The position numbers were made by a program, and so were the translations under genes. A DNA stretch of 64,000 nt from Paraspadella gotoi (Eukaryota > Animalia > Chaetognatha). Below the pieces are notes generated by a model that saw nothing but the letters and a program-made list of their open reading frames with translations, was not told where the DNA came from and did not search any database. Positions 11,701 through 24,829 of the stretch are shown here, piece after piece; the stretch's first letter is position 1, and each line of letters starts with the position of its first letter. Location: contig CM119269.1 of assembly GCA_051294375.1 (NCBI GenBank), positions 15,201,918-15,265,917 on the forward strand, written 5' to 3'.

Positions 11701-14700
11701 ACCCCAGGTTACTTTCAAAACTTTTTTAAACCCAAATTTTTTTCCTTATTTCATCTCGTGTTGGAGCAGACTAATAGGAACCCTTACAATTAGATTTGAA
11801 CTAAAGTATTTATATTTTTTTATAAAATTACGGTTTGATATAAATAAACACTTACGAAAATAATAGTTAAAGATTCACTACTAAAATATTATTTTTGACA
11901 GCAATTAAAAATCTTTTTTATTGATAAGTAAATTTATTACATACCCTTTCATATGTTTAATTCCATTATTATTATATCAATTCTACATTGTGAGAATACA
12001 ACCTGACTGTAGTCCGCCACTACAGGTGATTAGACATCCCGTCCCGCTTACTCGCTTTGACACCAATGGGGCGCAAACCCAAGACCGCTTGGTGGGAAGA
12101 GACAATTCTCACTCTTACGCCACCTGGGCTGCGCTGATAGACTCAGGCGGGTGGCGATAGTGAATGTATTGCCACAACTTGAACCAATTAAAAATCTTTT
12201 TTAAGCCGATCGATAACTCTAAAAACGGTGACGTATACATGGTGACAATTTTACAAGCGCCGGTAGAAATATGCTGTCATTTGCAAACCAGTGGTTACTT
12301 CATTGATTTTCAAAATTAGTTGAGTAGAAAATACTAAAACCATTTATGTGTTAAAATTTTATATTGATCAGTTAAGATATGCCTTGACAATGAGTGGAGA
12401 AAGTTGGCTTGTAAAATCGGGTTTCATTTTATAACTCACTGTTTTTAAATTCTTTTTTTTTTAACTTTTAGCACTTTTTTAAACAAAATATTTATTATTA
12501 AAATATTAACAATATTAATATCTTCAGAAAGCCCTTAAAAATATGAAGAGAATGATATACTTACGAAAGCTCTAACATAAAAAGTGAGCTGCCCAGCCTT
12601 GGTTCAATTAAGAGTATCAAAAGTGAATTATTAAAAATTTTAAATCTTTTTTCAAAATATATAACCCGTTTAAATTATTATAACATAAAATATTATTATT
12701 TATATAAGTATTATGAAAGAGCCTGAAAAAAAAAGATTTAAGATAGCCAATCACAATTTGATAAATATCATAAATTTACTCTCCAGCTATTAATTTTTAA
12801 AAAGATGTCTCGTTTTTGAGTATCCTAATTAAATTAAAGCTGGGCCAGTTAAATTTTATACTACAGTATTTGTAAGTACGTCATTTTTTTTAGATTTGAA
12901 AGGGCTTTAGAAGATAATAAAATTAATATTATTTTATATCAAATTTCTTCAGAAAACTTACTGAAAGTAAGAGAAAAAAAATTGAATCTAAAAACGTAAG
13001 TTGGAAAATGAAACCCGATTTTACAAGCCAACTTTCTCCACTTATTGTCAAGGCATATCTTAACTGATCAATATAAAATTTTAACACAAATAGTTTAGTA
13101 TTTTCTACTTAACTAAATTTTAAAATCAATGAAATAACCACTGGTTTGCAAATGACAGCGTATATCTACCGGCGCTTGTAAAATTGTCACCATGTATAAA
13201 GATATCAAGTGGATACTTTTTTTGCGCCGCAGTATAAATCTGGACTCACTTTCAAAATTTTATTTATTCAGTAATCCGTGCACTTATTATCCTTTATCCA
13301 GGGAGACAGAAATCACGATGAGGGGCTTAAGAGGGACATCGCAGCTTGATTTGGGGAAAACCCTTGTTGACCTGAAAACTGTCGATCCTTCCGTAGGCGA
13401 GTTGGACGATTCCCGTTACGATAATAATGACGAGAGCCAGGCATTTGGCAAAAGTAAAAACGTCTTGAACCCGAGTCGCCCACTTAACCTCGACGCAATT
13501 AATCACCGTCAAAAGGGTAATTCCTAAACGAAAAGATGTTCGTACGTATTTTTTTATGCATGAATGATGGTTTTGAATAGGAAGATAAAATTTGAATAAT
13601 GGACATTGACATTGGGGAAGCTTATTCAAAAATGAAGTGTTTGAAAGACATGGGGTAGACCGTGAGTACAAAAACTTCATAAATAATTAATATATAATTT
13701 AAAAAAAATTGAAATTAACATACGATTTACAATTTGTAACTAATGAGGCTCTAAAAAAAAAATTAATAACAAATGCTTCAATACTCTTACTTAAGAATCG
13801 TCGAATTCATAAACAAAATCCGATATCCGCCAGAACCATAATCACGTCAATTACTTAAATTCTTTATGTCTGAACCTCTTTATTTGTAAAATATTTTTCT
13901 TTTACTTAATTTATTTTAATTTGATTAAATTAATTAATTTATATTTTTTAATTTTATTTTATTTAACGAGAGACAGAAAACCGTTATATAGAGTCACGGC
14001 TGTAACCGTGCCAAAAAAAACTCATCGGGGTGCGTATTCGTTTCCTGCTTCCCAACCGTTTACTCCCGATACGAGTCCAGAATCAAAGTTACGTCTTTAG
14101 TTAGGGACTAACTCCATAGTCTTTATTATCTATGGCATAGATAATATAACATTTTAACTATTAGCAAAGTGTTTTTTAGTTGTCTTGACTAAATATTTAA
14201 GCAATCATTTTGAGAAAAAAATTTACATTATACGTTACATTATACATTAAATATATTTTGTATTTTTTCGCATTATAAATTTTTTTTTTGAAATCTTAAA
14301 ATTTTTTGATGGATTCTGATAGAGCATAAAAAGTTAAACAAGAAATATAATTACAGCTTTCAAAAATTCCTACGTTTTCTAAGTGAAAATATAAAAAAAA
14401 TGATAAAATCATCGAAAGATGATAACGATTTTTTATGGTTTTTCTTATTTTTGTCTCACTTATCATGAAAATAATTAAAAAAGAATTATACTTTGTGTAG
14501 ACAACTTTTTATGAGCTATCTGAATCTGGTCTTAAATTTAAAAAGTGGAAAAAAAATTTTGGCCCTTCCTATCTATAAATGAATATTAAAAAATAATTAT
14601 TTGGGTATAGAGCCATATAAGAATTTTTTTGTCCATTGAAAATATACTTAAAAATGTATAAATTTTCATTTGAGCATGTAATCATTCTAAATTTTTGCCT

Positions 14701-17700
14701 CACCCCATTGAGTCAGGCTCACCCTACTTAAGTAAAGTATTGACGATATTTAAATGTTAAGGATGATAATAGAAGGGGGTGAGTCAATAATTTAAAGCGA
14801 GTACCGGATCCCATCTTGTAGCAAGCAAAGTAGTGGACGTTTATTATGTCCTAATTTCATATAAATTAAATAATACTTAGGTAAAGAAGCCCATTTAACG
14901 ATCGTCTAATTCATTTTCAATAAAAAACTACATAAAAAAAAAATCTTAAAAGCATAAGGATCGTCAAAATCGCATAAGAAAAATCTGGATTGACGACAAA
15001 TTTTGATACTAAAAAAAATCCAATTTGAGAAAATTAATTTATAAACAGAAAGAAAAATTATATTTTGTGATTGTCAATTAAAAAAAATAATAAAGTACCG
15101 AGGTCTAATTCAAAAATAAATTTTTGGAAAGGTTCCCAAATCAAACTTCTGACCCACCCCATTGGCTCTACCGAGGAAAATTAAAGTTACAGTTTCTGAA
15201 AAAAAAAAAACTTTTTCATTGTCAAAAATAAATTGATCAGCAGACGCAGTCCCTGAGAAAAAAAAAAAAAATGAAAAAAAAAAAAAAGATAACATGCACG
15301 AATGCGATGCTAATTTTACGAGTTCAATCCTAATTCAATTGTTAAAAAAAAATAAATGCAGAGAGAGAGAAAGAGAGAAAGAAATCAAAAGGCAGCAGGA
15401 GAAAAGAGAGAAAAAGAGAGAGCCCCTGCAGAGCCAGCTGCAGACTGAGAAGGCAGTAGCAGAAGCAGCAGGAAAAAAGAGAGAAAAGAAAGAGCCCCGG
15501 CAGAGCCAGCTGCAGATTCGTTTTTTTTTACGATGAATCAGCACTGGGGAAAGAGAGAGAGAGAGAGAGCTACATATAATTAAAAAAGAAAAAAGAGAGA
15601 GAAGAAAACATAAAAATAAAAGAGGAAATGTTTGTTTTGATAAAACATAAACAAAACATTTAATAACTGTCCTGACCCAATTTTAAGCACATTGATGATG
15701 AGAAGCTGTATATAAATTTTTAGCTTCATACACCCAAATTTAATCATAAAAGAAGCGATCTATAATTTGGAACGCCGACGACAACGCCGACGATGATGAC
15801 ACCACTTATGCGCAAAAGCGTTAAATATCGCTAATAATAAATAAATAATAAATAAATAATAATAAATAAAAAATAAATAAATAATAAATAACGCTAAGCG
15901 ATTGCGAAGATAAAAAAAATGAAAATATAACTCATTAAATTTAAATACACAATGAAATTCAGATACACTGTCGGGAAGAAACTTTTGTGACGATTTATCA
16001 TCAGGACTTTTATTCATAACATTTATTCCTAACAGCACCATTAAATAAAGCATTAACTAGAAAGTCTTACGGTATAAAATAATTATTGGCGACAGTCAAG
16101 AACATGCTCAGGAAAGCATTTTTTCAAAATTGGACGAACTGTACAAAGAAAACTTAAGATTTAAAAAAAAAAAAAAAAAAAAAATTAATGACTTAAAATT
16201 AAAAAAAATTAACCTCGTAATCAAGAACTTACTAAAAATAAAAAAAAAAAATAAAAATAAAAATAAAACTTGAAATAAAATTATACACAAAAAACGTCCA
16301 GTAGTTTTCTAACTAATGATATACTTGTGAATTATCTTTATTAGATATCAAAGGTGTAGTAAATATTTTTTTTGTATCACTCGCTGTATACATTAGAGTT
16401 GAGCACTGGGGATCATAAATTTTTTTAAAATGAACAAACAAGGATATTTATATGCGAGATGCTATGATTAAGGCGTACAAAAAATATTTTGCTTATATTT
16501 TTTAGGGAACCGTGTCATTAATTACAATATATTTATAGTTGGGAGAATAAACGAAAATTTCATTATTTTAGCAACATTTTAGCAACACATGCGAGTCTTC
16601 CTCGGCATTTGCTGATGAAGACTCGCACACAAAGAGTTGAAACATGTCCTGTTTTAATAAAAAATCATGTTACTAAAATAATAAAATTTTCGTTTATTCT
16701 CCCAACTTTACACAAAGCAACAAACGAAAGGAATTATCACAATATATTTATAATAATATCCTTACAAAATAATACATTTTCAAAATAATTTTTATTAAAG
16801 ATTTTGATTCTTTATAAAAAGTTAGATTAAAAATATAAAATGTTATTAAAAGTTTTAATGTTTTCAGCGTAAAAAAAATGGGAAAAAATAGAAAAAAATT
16901 AATTTTTTTACTTTTTCACGCTCTGTAATAAAAACTATTATATTATGAAACCTTTTAATCATTTTTCGCAGCTTTAACCAAAAAATATTATAAAACATAT
17001 TTTACATAAGTTTTTTATTTTTTTCCGGCGAATCCAAAACTTTTTAAAATTGAAAAAATATGATTTTAAAATTTTATGATTTTATAAGGATATTAATATA
17101 AATAAAATGAATTAATGATACTGTTATACAATTTTTTTTTAAAAAGGCTTAATTATTTTTTATTACATCTACAAAGACAGCAAAAAAAAGTTCCATCTTT
17201 TCATCACTCCACCATAGAATGGCCTTTAAATTTGATTGGCTATAGCTACTGATGAAATCACAACCACAGTCAAAAGATAAAAATAAATAACAGATACATA
17301 CTTGTTCCCCCCTTTTCCCGTAATTATGGAAAAATTTGAGGTGATGGTCAATGAGCGACCCTCAAAGCTCAAATTCGGAAAAGAATAAAAGCTTAAAAAA
17401 CAAAAACACATCTTATTAAGTTATTTACTTACAAAAACTTGAAAGAAAAAGATGAAAAAAAAACAAGGCCGCTGGCAAATTTTAAAAACAAGTCCTTTTT
17501 TTCTTTAAACGTCATCACAAGCACAGGGAGTATAATTATTCTTTGAAATTTTTTTATACAGGGTAAAATACTGCACTGAGAGCAAAAAAAATTTTTCCCA
17601 GATATTTCGACATATATTTTCTTTGTCATCATTAGTGGAAAAGAATAACCGAGAAAAATATTTTTGGTTATTTTGGTTTCATTTGCTTATTATTTTTGCC

Positions 17701-19272
17701 CACTAACTTTACAGGTGATCTCATAATGTCTTCAATTTGTGAATTGTTATTTATCAAATATATTTTTTTCGGTTATTCTTTTACTCTGATGATGACAGAA
17801 AATATATGTCAAAATACCTGGCAAAAACTTCTTTTTTTCTCTCTTAGCACAGTATTTCCAAATACGAAATTTTTTGAAAGGAAAAGTTCTTTTTTTGATT
17901 TACGAAAGAGCTGAAAAATTCCCCACAAATATTTTCGTCTAGACTTTAGGCCGAAAGAGCTTCCATTCTACGTCAGGCCGGGCGATGTATCTAAGAACTT
18001 CCTTCTGTTCGTAGTTCCTTAGTGCTTTTATGTTTATTTGATAGTTGCTTTTTTATCTGCTTATAAAATTTGTTTCTTACACAGGTTAAATTTTCTAAAA
18101 TAAACTGGTCAAATTGTCAGAACCAAAAAATTACACAATGTTACCTAAGGCGGCGATTAATCTGATGGCATTATCTGGCATAGGACATTCGATGAAAAAT
18201 GGATAAATTAAATAATTTCCACATGTCAGAGCGACAATGGCTATCAGACACGGGCGTATAACCATACATTCCACCCACAACCTGTAAAAATATGGCAAAA
18301 TTTTACTTTCGCCGACTGGGGTTTCTAAAATTTATTGTTAACGTGACTTCTGCGAGCTCTATTAATATATGAGCTGAATTTTTAAAAAGATGCCGCTTGT
18401 ACTTTATAATCTTTGAACTAACGGGGACTGTCAATTTGAGGCTTCAGAATTTCCCTCTTCAAGTTTATCACCGACCAAATTGGCTTCAATTAAGATGACA
18501 CGCAATGGGAAGATTTTAAGTCTCAATGATTCAAAACCTCAAAAATGCAGCATTAACGACCTTTTGTTCTCTATATTAGTTAATAGCAATCTGTATTTTA
18601 ACAATAACTTGCCTAATAAAAGCTGCGAAAGACCCGAAAGCGTGATGAAAATAAGCGTAATCCCCGCCGGATTTCGTGATGGTCGTTCCAAGCTCAGCAT
18701 AACAGTAAGCACCTATAAATTAACATTTTCACAATAAACAATTGAAAATATCTTAACGAATAATAAAACAGAACTGAGAGAACATCTCAGGTGGTCAATG
18801 TAATAAATTTGTTATTTTATGCTCAAAATTATATAGAAATCAAGAAGCAAACTAGGAGGCGAGATCGGTTAAATAAAAGAGAATTACGTGTCGAGAAATC
18901 TGGAAATACAGGACGCATACATTCAAATTCATGAAAAATCTGGAAATACAGGACGCATTCATTCAAATTCATGAAAAATAAAATGATGACCTAGCAAAGA
19001 GAATAATCCACAGAGAATCCAAATAATGAAGGAGGCTCCAACACTTCCGCTATAAAAAAGAACTCCTTTGGGCGAAATAAAAATACCGGAACCTGTGGAA
19101 AGCCAAAATCGATCAAATCGTACTATTCTCAGTCGACGTCCCCAACCGGCCCTATCAAACCAATTATAGTGCCGACGACGATGGTGATCGCGTTGACGAG
19201 TCCCAGTTTAGGCTGCAGCTTTATGGCGCCATCGTCTGCGCCACCGTCGGCGTTCCCTCCCGTGGCGCCCAT
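8794..19272 (-). CDS. SLC7-family L-type amino-acid transporter light chain (LAT/y+LAT/b0,+AT/xCT group), 13 exons, 477 aa
   Basis: Exons 19161-19272, 18991-19092, 18613-18712, 18145-18281, 13372-13523, 10380-10437, 10019-10164, 9751-9846, 9574-9684, 9347-9501, 9112-9193, 8946-9044, 8794-8877 total 1434 nt in frame. Motifs: [43 protein letters not shown] (heavy-chain disulfide Cys), [49 protein letters not shown]. Intron 3 is GC-AG. The specific ortholog cannot be assigned from sequence alone. Confidence 0.95.
10870..11003 (-). mobile_element. Family B partial copy
   Basis: Reverse-complement similarity to 4595-4722 (ttgggattgaacc...gagctgatggctttactca...acgactgaa...ggtgaactt). Confidence 0.7.
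11921..12184 (-). mobile_element. Probable tRNA-related SINE with 19-bp TSD
   Basis: Direct repeat caattaaaaatctttttta at 11902-11920 and 12185-12203. The minus strand has degenerate A/B boxes (ggtggcgtaag...gggtttgcgccc), a hairpin at 12007-12025 and an AT-rich tail. Confidence 0.65.
12238..13194. mobile_element. Non-autonomous Tc1/mariner-type element (MITE) with about 190-bp TIRs and TA TSD
   Basis: TA|catggtgacaattttacaagcgccggtag...gggtttcattt (12238-12430) is the reverse complement of about 13007-13194 ...aattgtcaccatg|TA. Located in SLC7 intron 5. Confidence 0.88.
14935..15913 (+). mobile_element. Family A copy (uninterrupted) in SLC7 intron 4
   Basis: Colinear with 42953-44880 without the Penelope insert (aaatcttaaaagcataaggatcgtc...gcgattgcgaagataa). 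Confidence 0.75.
16538..16738 (+). mobile_element. Miniature Penelope-type insertion (inverted pLTR remnant plus tail) with 14-bp TSD
   Basis: TSD acaatatatttata at 16524-16537 and 16739-16752. Arms agttgggagaataaacgaaaattt and aaattttcgtttattctcccaact are inverted. About 31 bp of unpaired tail at 16708-16738. Confidence 0.8.
16612..16655 (+). ncRNA. Minimal PLE-type hammerhead ribozyme core (stem I disrupted)
   Basis: CTGATGA (16612-16618), extra A, stem II gactc/gagtt, GAAA (16639-16642), palindromic stem III ACATGT, GTC cleavage triplet ending at 16648, then AATAAA. Confidence 0.65.
18896..18977. repeat. About 39-bp tandem duplication in SLC7 intron 2
   Basis: aaatctggaaatacaggacgcat[a/t]cattcaaattcatga occurs twice. 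Confidence 0.9.
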
Positions 19273-22200
19273 CGAGGCGATTTTTTTTTTTTTTTTTTGG
19301 AGAATCGAAAACGAAGAATGCGGGCGAGAGAGAGATTAAGGCAGAGAGAGAGTACGGCTCCGTTCCGTCCAGGGAAATGGGGGCATCAAAATTAGGGCGA
19401 AAGTTGAGTCGAAAAAGTTTTTATTCTCGGAAAGAAACGGGAGCGACGGTCCACGATTCGAGTTAGTCTTTATGACGTGTACATCGTCGTCGCTCTCACC
19501 GTCGTAGTCGAAAATCATGTAAAAGTTAGGAACGAAGCTAAGCGGAGAGAGAGAGAGAGAAAGAGACCTGGTGTAGAACACGAGAAAAACTAATATGAAT
19601 TATAAGAGTTCGAAGCCAAATTAACTTTCCCAAGTCTGTATTCAGTCAAAGCACACAAACTGGTTAGTAGAGCGTAGTGAAAGTTACGTACGGAAATTCT
19701 AAAAGTCAATTATGAACAACATACCATCAGTGAACATTAATTTGTAAAAAAAATTAATTTTATGTTTTTTTTAATTTTCGCAGTAGGCTATATTTATATA
19801 TAGTACTATCCTTATAAAATCGAAAAAATTCAAAATAGGCTTTTCTTAATTTTGATTGCAGATTTGAATTCCTCATCTTGATAAAAGAAAATATAAATCA
19901 TTTTTAAAAATTATTTTATTAGGTGGGTTAAAAATTAAAAAAACTATTTAATATATAAAAAGTTAATTTTCAGCTTAAAATATAGCTTTTTCTAATTTTT
20001 GACCCACTTAATGAAGGAATTTTTCAAAAAGAATTATATTTCTTGTTATCAACTTTTTATGACGAATCCAAATCTGCAAAAAAATCTTAGAAAAAACTAA
20101 ATTTAAAAAAAAAAAATTAACGCCAATCGAGTTTTTAGTAAAACATCAGAAGGCTGATGCAAGCGAGTTCCAGGTAATACTGCATTCTGATATATTATGA
20201 TGTGTCTTCTATCGAAACGGAATAAAAGGTTATATACAAAATACATGCCCAGAGTAATTTATTTATTCTTTTTTCACTTTATTGATGGAAGAAAGGAGTT
20301 ACGTGAACACGAAGTCACGTTCCACTTTTTCCTTTTTTACAACTCTAAGATTTGGTGAGAGATTCTTTCTCTTTAAAGTTTATTCCTTATAGTGGAGCGA
20401 GTTCTACTTCTAGTTAAAGATCTTGATCCCTTTTAACTAGTGTTACCATAACCGTTAACGGTTATTAACGGTTAAAAATGATTTTAACTTAACCGTTAAT
20501 ATATTTATTTTAACAGTTAAATTCGGTTAATTTTAAAATATCATTTTTGTTATTTTTTGTTATGAAATCTTTGAGTTTTTAAAAGAAAAGTATTTTTTTC
20601 CTGTCCTCTCTTATTCTCCCTCCCTTTCTCACCATATTATCCTCTCTTCTCCATTTTTCCCGGTTTTTTTAAAAATTTGTTATTTTCAACCTTTTTAATA
20701 TTTTTTCTATCCTAATCTCTCTTTTATTCTTTCTTCTCCTCATTTTATACCGTTCTGTTCCTTTCTTTTTATTTTTCTCTTTCCCCTCCTTTCCCCCCCC
20801 TTTCTTTTCTCTCCTTTTTTTTCTCCCTTAGCTTTTACCTTTTTCCTTTTTTTTCTGCCCTTACACTATTTTTTTTACTTTCTCCCAATTTTTTTTTCGT
20901 TTTTCCTTTTATTAACTAATTTAACTAAATTAATTTAACTAATTTTATGTATTACATTAAAGAATATTTTGAAATATAATATATATGCACATGCATAGTA
21001 GCATACATTTTCTTGCAAATCAAATCTTTGGCAGTGATTTTGATTTGGGTATTTTCAACAATGAAATTGAAACTTAAATAACTATTATTTCTTTTTTTCC
21101 TACTGATAACTATGAAACACTCTTTATTTAAAAAAACGGTTGGCTATAGTTATTTTCTCCTTATAACATCGAACTCACTGGGTGAATTTCTATGCTTTCA
21201 AAATACGGTAAGACATGATTTCTTTTACGACAATCATTCTCATTACGGGATCTGCCATAATTAAGATGAAACTATAACAATTTTTCATGGTAAGGGCAAC
21301 TTTTAAAGATTAAATTGCTAATAAGATCTATCGCGTTTTTTAGATATACTACTTCTTAGGCAAAACAACGGCACGTTATATTTTAAAACTTTTTTTCTTT
21401 TTTTTTCCACTATTTTTTTCTCTCTTGAACCTTCTCTCTGTCTCTCTCTTTTTCTCTCTTTCTCTCTGTCTTTCTCTTCCTTTCTCCTACTTTTCTCTCC
21501 TCATATTTCTCTGTGTAATCCCTTATTTTCTTCCTTAACCTTTATTTCCCTTCTCAATCTCTGTTTTTCTCTGCTTCTCTGATTCTCTTTTCTCCCTGTT
21601 TCTTATCTTTTCTTTTCTCTTAATTGTTCTCGTTTTCCCCCCTCTCCCCATATATTAATTTCTTTCCACTCTTTCTCCCTTCAATTTTTTTCACCCATTC
21701 TCTCTCTTCTCTCATCTTTTTATCATTCTCACTTATTTTTTGCATTCATATCATACTGGATGTATAAAAATCTTTAAAATGTAATGTAAGAAAAAAATCT
21801 AGGGTAGCGAATGATTTTAGCGGAAGTTTGGTTGCCAAGCAGATTTAAACAAGTTTGAGCAAACAATGTCGGATCTGCCTACATAATTAATTAATTAATA
21901 GATTAATTAATTAATTGATTAATTAATTAATTTTAATAATTAATTATAAATTATATTCAGCTTGTCATCATTGATGTCCTTAAAATTGAGTCAGGACAGT
22001 TATTAAATGTTTTGTTTACATTTTATCAAAACAAACAAATATCCTCTATTATCGAGCCAGCCGGGCAAAGCCCGTCCTGGCTAGATTTTGATTCGGTTTA
22101 GCTTTCGGTCACGCTTTTTTGCAATCATGGCTTCTGAAAGGTTCCGCGTACAAACGTTGCATTTAGGAAAAAAACGACTCTTTCCACTATTGTTCAGTTG

Positions 22201-22929
22201 TTACTTAAAATGTTAATTAACTTTGTACCACAACACAAATTAGGCCGAACGAAGGATTGGTTAGAAACATCTCCACCCGTTTCTAATGATAAAAGAGTAC
22301 CATTTTGGCAACTTTTAGGAAAAAAAATTATGTCCATTTTTGTCCATTTTTACTTACGACTTCTGATTTGAATGCCAAGGAAAGTTGAGAAAAATTTTTT
22401 ACTTTGGAAATCCGTTCTTTCTTATCTTTTTTACCTCTGGGTAAATTTATTAGCTTAAATCATTTATAGTTTGCCTATGAGTTAATTTTAAAGTTAAACA
22501 AGTCAAAAAGTTGGAGTTTCAGTCTTTATCATAATTTGTTAACAAAAATAAATCAAATTGGTTGAAATTAACGGAAAATATAGCCTATTGAATAAGCTTT
22601 TTAACACCTATAAAATTATCAAAAAAACTTTTTTGGTTTAGCCACAAATAATTTTTAAAGACGTATTTTAATTTGTGACTTTTTGTGACTTGCATTTATT
22701 TTCGATAAAGAGAATATTTTCAACTCATTTATTAGTTTTAAAAGATGAGGTACATACTGACCTTGATTAATTAAAAAAAACCGCATCCTTTTAACCCAAT
22801 GGAAAGTGTCAGGACCCTTTTTTTCTCAGAATCGACAGATTTTGCGGAAAATTTTTCTAAATTTGCTAGGCAACCAAAATTGAAAAAAAATCATGCGTTA
22901 CCGTTCATTTTCTTTCTTATAAAGCATTT

Positions 22930-23650
22930 TAAATATTTTATTTGATTTGGCTCAATGTAAACGTAGTGAGAGGAAATAGGAAAGGGAAAACAAGAAAAGG
23001 AGAAGGGGAGAGAATGAAAGAGAGGGTGAAAGGCAAAAAACCGAAGGCAAATGGGGAAAAAATAGTGAAACAATTGTAAGGTAAGAAAGAGGGGAAAAAT
23101 GGAAAGAAAAAGAGGGGAAAAAAGGGAAAGAATGAAGATGAGAAAAAAAGGTGAGGAAAGTGCATGAGTGACAGAAAAAGGTAGGGGCCAAAAAAATGGT
23201 AAGTGACAGCAAGAGAAGTAAGGGAGGAAAGAGGAAGAGAAAAATATAAAGTAAGAGAAGAAAAGAGGTGAAGAAGAATAATCAGGAAAAGCGTATGAAG
23301 GAAAAAATTGTATCAGATAATTTGGCGTCTTACCTAAAATCTTTTGTGTAAGTAAAAGACATGAGGATTCTTATAAGGAATTCGATCTTTAAAAATCATC
23401 TGTACCATAAAAATTCAAGCATACTTTTTTCTAAAATTAAGCAGTTAATGAGATTAGATTGACAATCATTGAAGAAATCATGTCTTACCGTATTTTTTAA
23501 CTCATAGAAATTTACATGGGAAGTTCTCAGTGATAAGAAGGAGATAACTTGAGACTACCGTTTTTTTAAATGAAGAAAGCTTCGTACTAACCAATGAGAT
23601 CAAGAAATATGGTAATTATTGAAGTTCAGATTTCGTTGTTTAAAAGACAC
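22930..23650 (+). repeat. Family D interspersed repeat
   Basis: Reverse-complement copy at about 49515-50125 and a more diverged one at about 21050-21370. Confidence 0.8.
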
Positions 23651-23923
23651 TGATTGTATGCGAAACCGAAAGTGTGATATCATAGGGAGTTGAAATTTCA
23701 TATATGGCTTCTAAGATCAAGATCTTTAAAATTCTCATGTTTCATATCAATATTCGTATTTGTTTATGTTTTATTTACAAAACAAAAACGTTTTAATTAT
23801 ATGTCGCTCTCTTTCTCTCTTTCTTTTAAATATATGTCGCTCTCTCTCTCTCTCTTTTTCTCCATCACTGCTTCTTCTGATTTGTCTAAAAACGAGTTCC
23901 GGCTCTGCAGCGTCTGTCCAGCT

Positions 23924-23967
<44 letters not shown>

Positions 23968-24397
23968 ACAAAAAAAATTTTAGATATAATGTGGGCTTAC
24001 TAATGTAAAAAACGATGCCGCGAATAGGGTGCGAACCCGGGTCCTTTGGGTAGAGAAGAGCTCACGCTACGTCCGGCGCCATAGGTAGTGCTGATTCTTT
24101 AACGAGTAAAGGGGCTTCTCTCACTCTCTATTTTTCTCTCTGTGTGTGTCTGTCCCTCTCTGTCCGATCTGCTGTCGGGATCTCTTATTGGTTTTTTGAA
24201 AAATTCTGATTACTTTTTTTTTCCTTCTAAAAACTTTTATTATTACCATTATTCCGCGCTTTTTCAATACAAAATCCCATATTTTCATCCGAGATTTTCG
24301 TGGATTTATTCTCTTCTTTCTCTCTCTCTCTCTCTCTCTCCTTTCTCTCTCTCTCTCACTCCATTACACGCATACCTTTGTTTGTTTTATTGACTAG

Positions 24398-24595
24398 TCA
24401 TCGCATCAATGAATGACAATTCATCGCATCAGTGAATGACTATCATCACAGCGTGAATGACTATCATCGCATCAATAATTGATTATCATCGAATCAATAA
24501 TCAATTCCTATTACATCAATAATTACTATTACATCAATCTAATTAGTATTACCTCAATCAATTAACTATTACATCAATAATTCGTTATCGCATGA
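24398..24595. repeat. Degenerate about 22-bp tandem repeat (catcgcatcaatgaatgactat)n
   Basis: Visible tandem units that decay from 5' to 3'. Confidence 0.75.
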
Positions 24596-24691
24596 TTCAT
24601 CGTTTTTTCCCGGGTTTTTTCATTAATTTTTCTTTGATAGTGGGCTCTGGCTCGATCTGGAGTCTTTTAAGATTTTTTTATTTTGTCTCCT

Positions 24692-24723
<32 letters not shown>

Positions 24724-24829
24724 TCTTTCTCTCTCTCTTTTTTTATGCAATACGACGCGACGATCCTTATGCTTTTAAGATTTTTTTAACTTGCATCATT
24801 TTTCAACTTGCATCATTTTTTCAAACTTG

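Noticed and set aside
17785-17805. Other CTGATGA motifs as hammerheads (also near 195, 27036, 31423, 62067)
   Set aside because: No pairable stem II followed by GAAA and a stem III/NUH site.
20154-20163. ATF4 amino-acid response element upstream of SLC7
   Set aside because: TGATGCAAG is only a near match, short motifs like this occur by chance, and the TSS is unknown.
22891-24789. Short F/S/L-rich ORFs (also 15110-16290, 30260-30563, 49822-50226)
   Set aside because: Translations of CT/GA microsatellites, homopolymers and TE low-complexity tracts.
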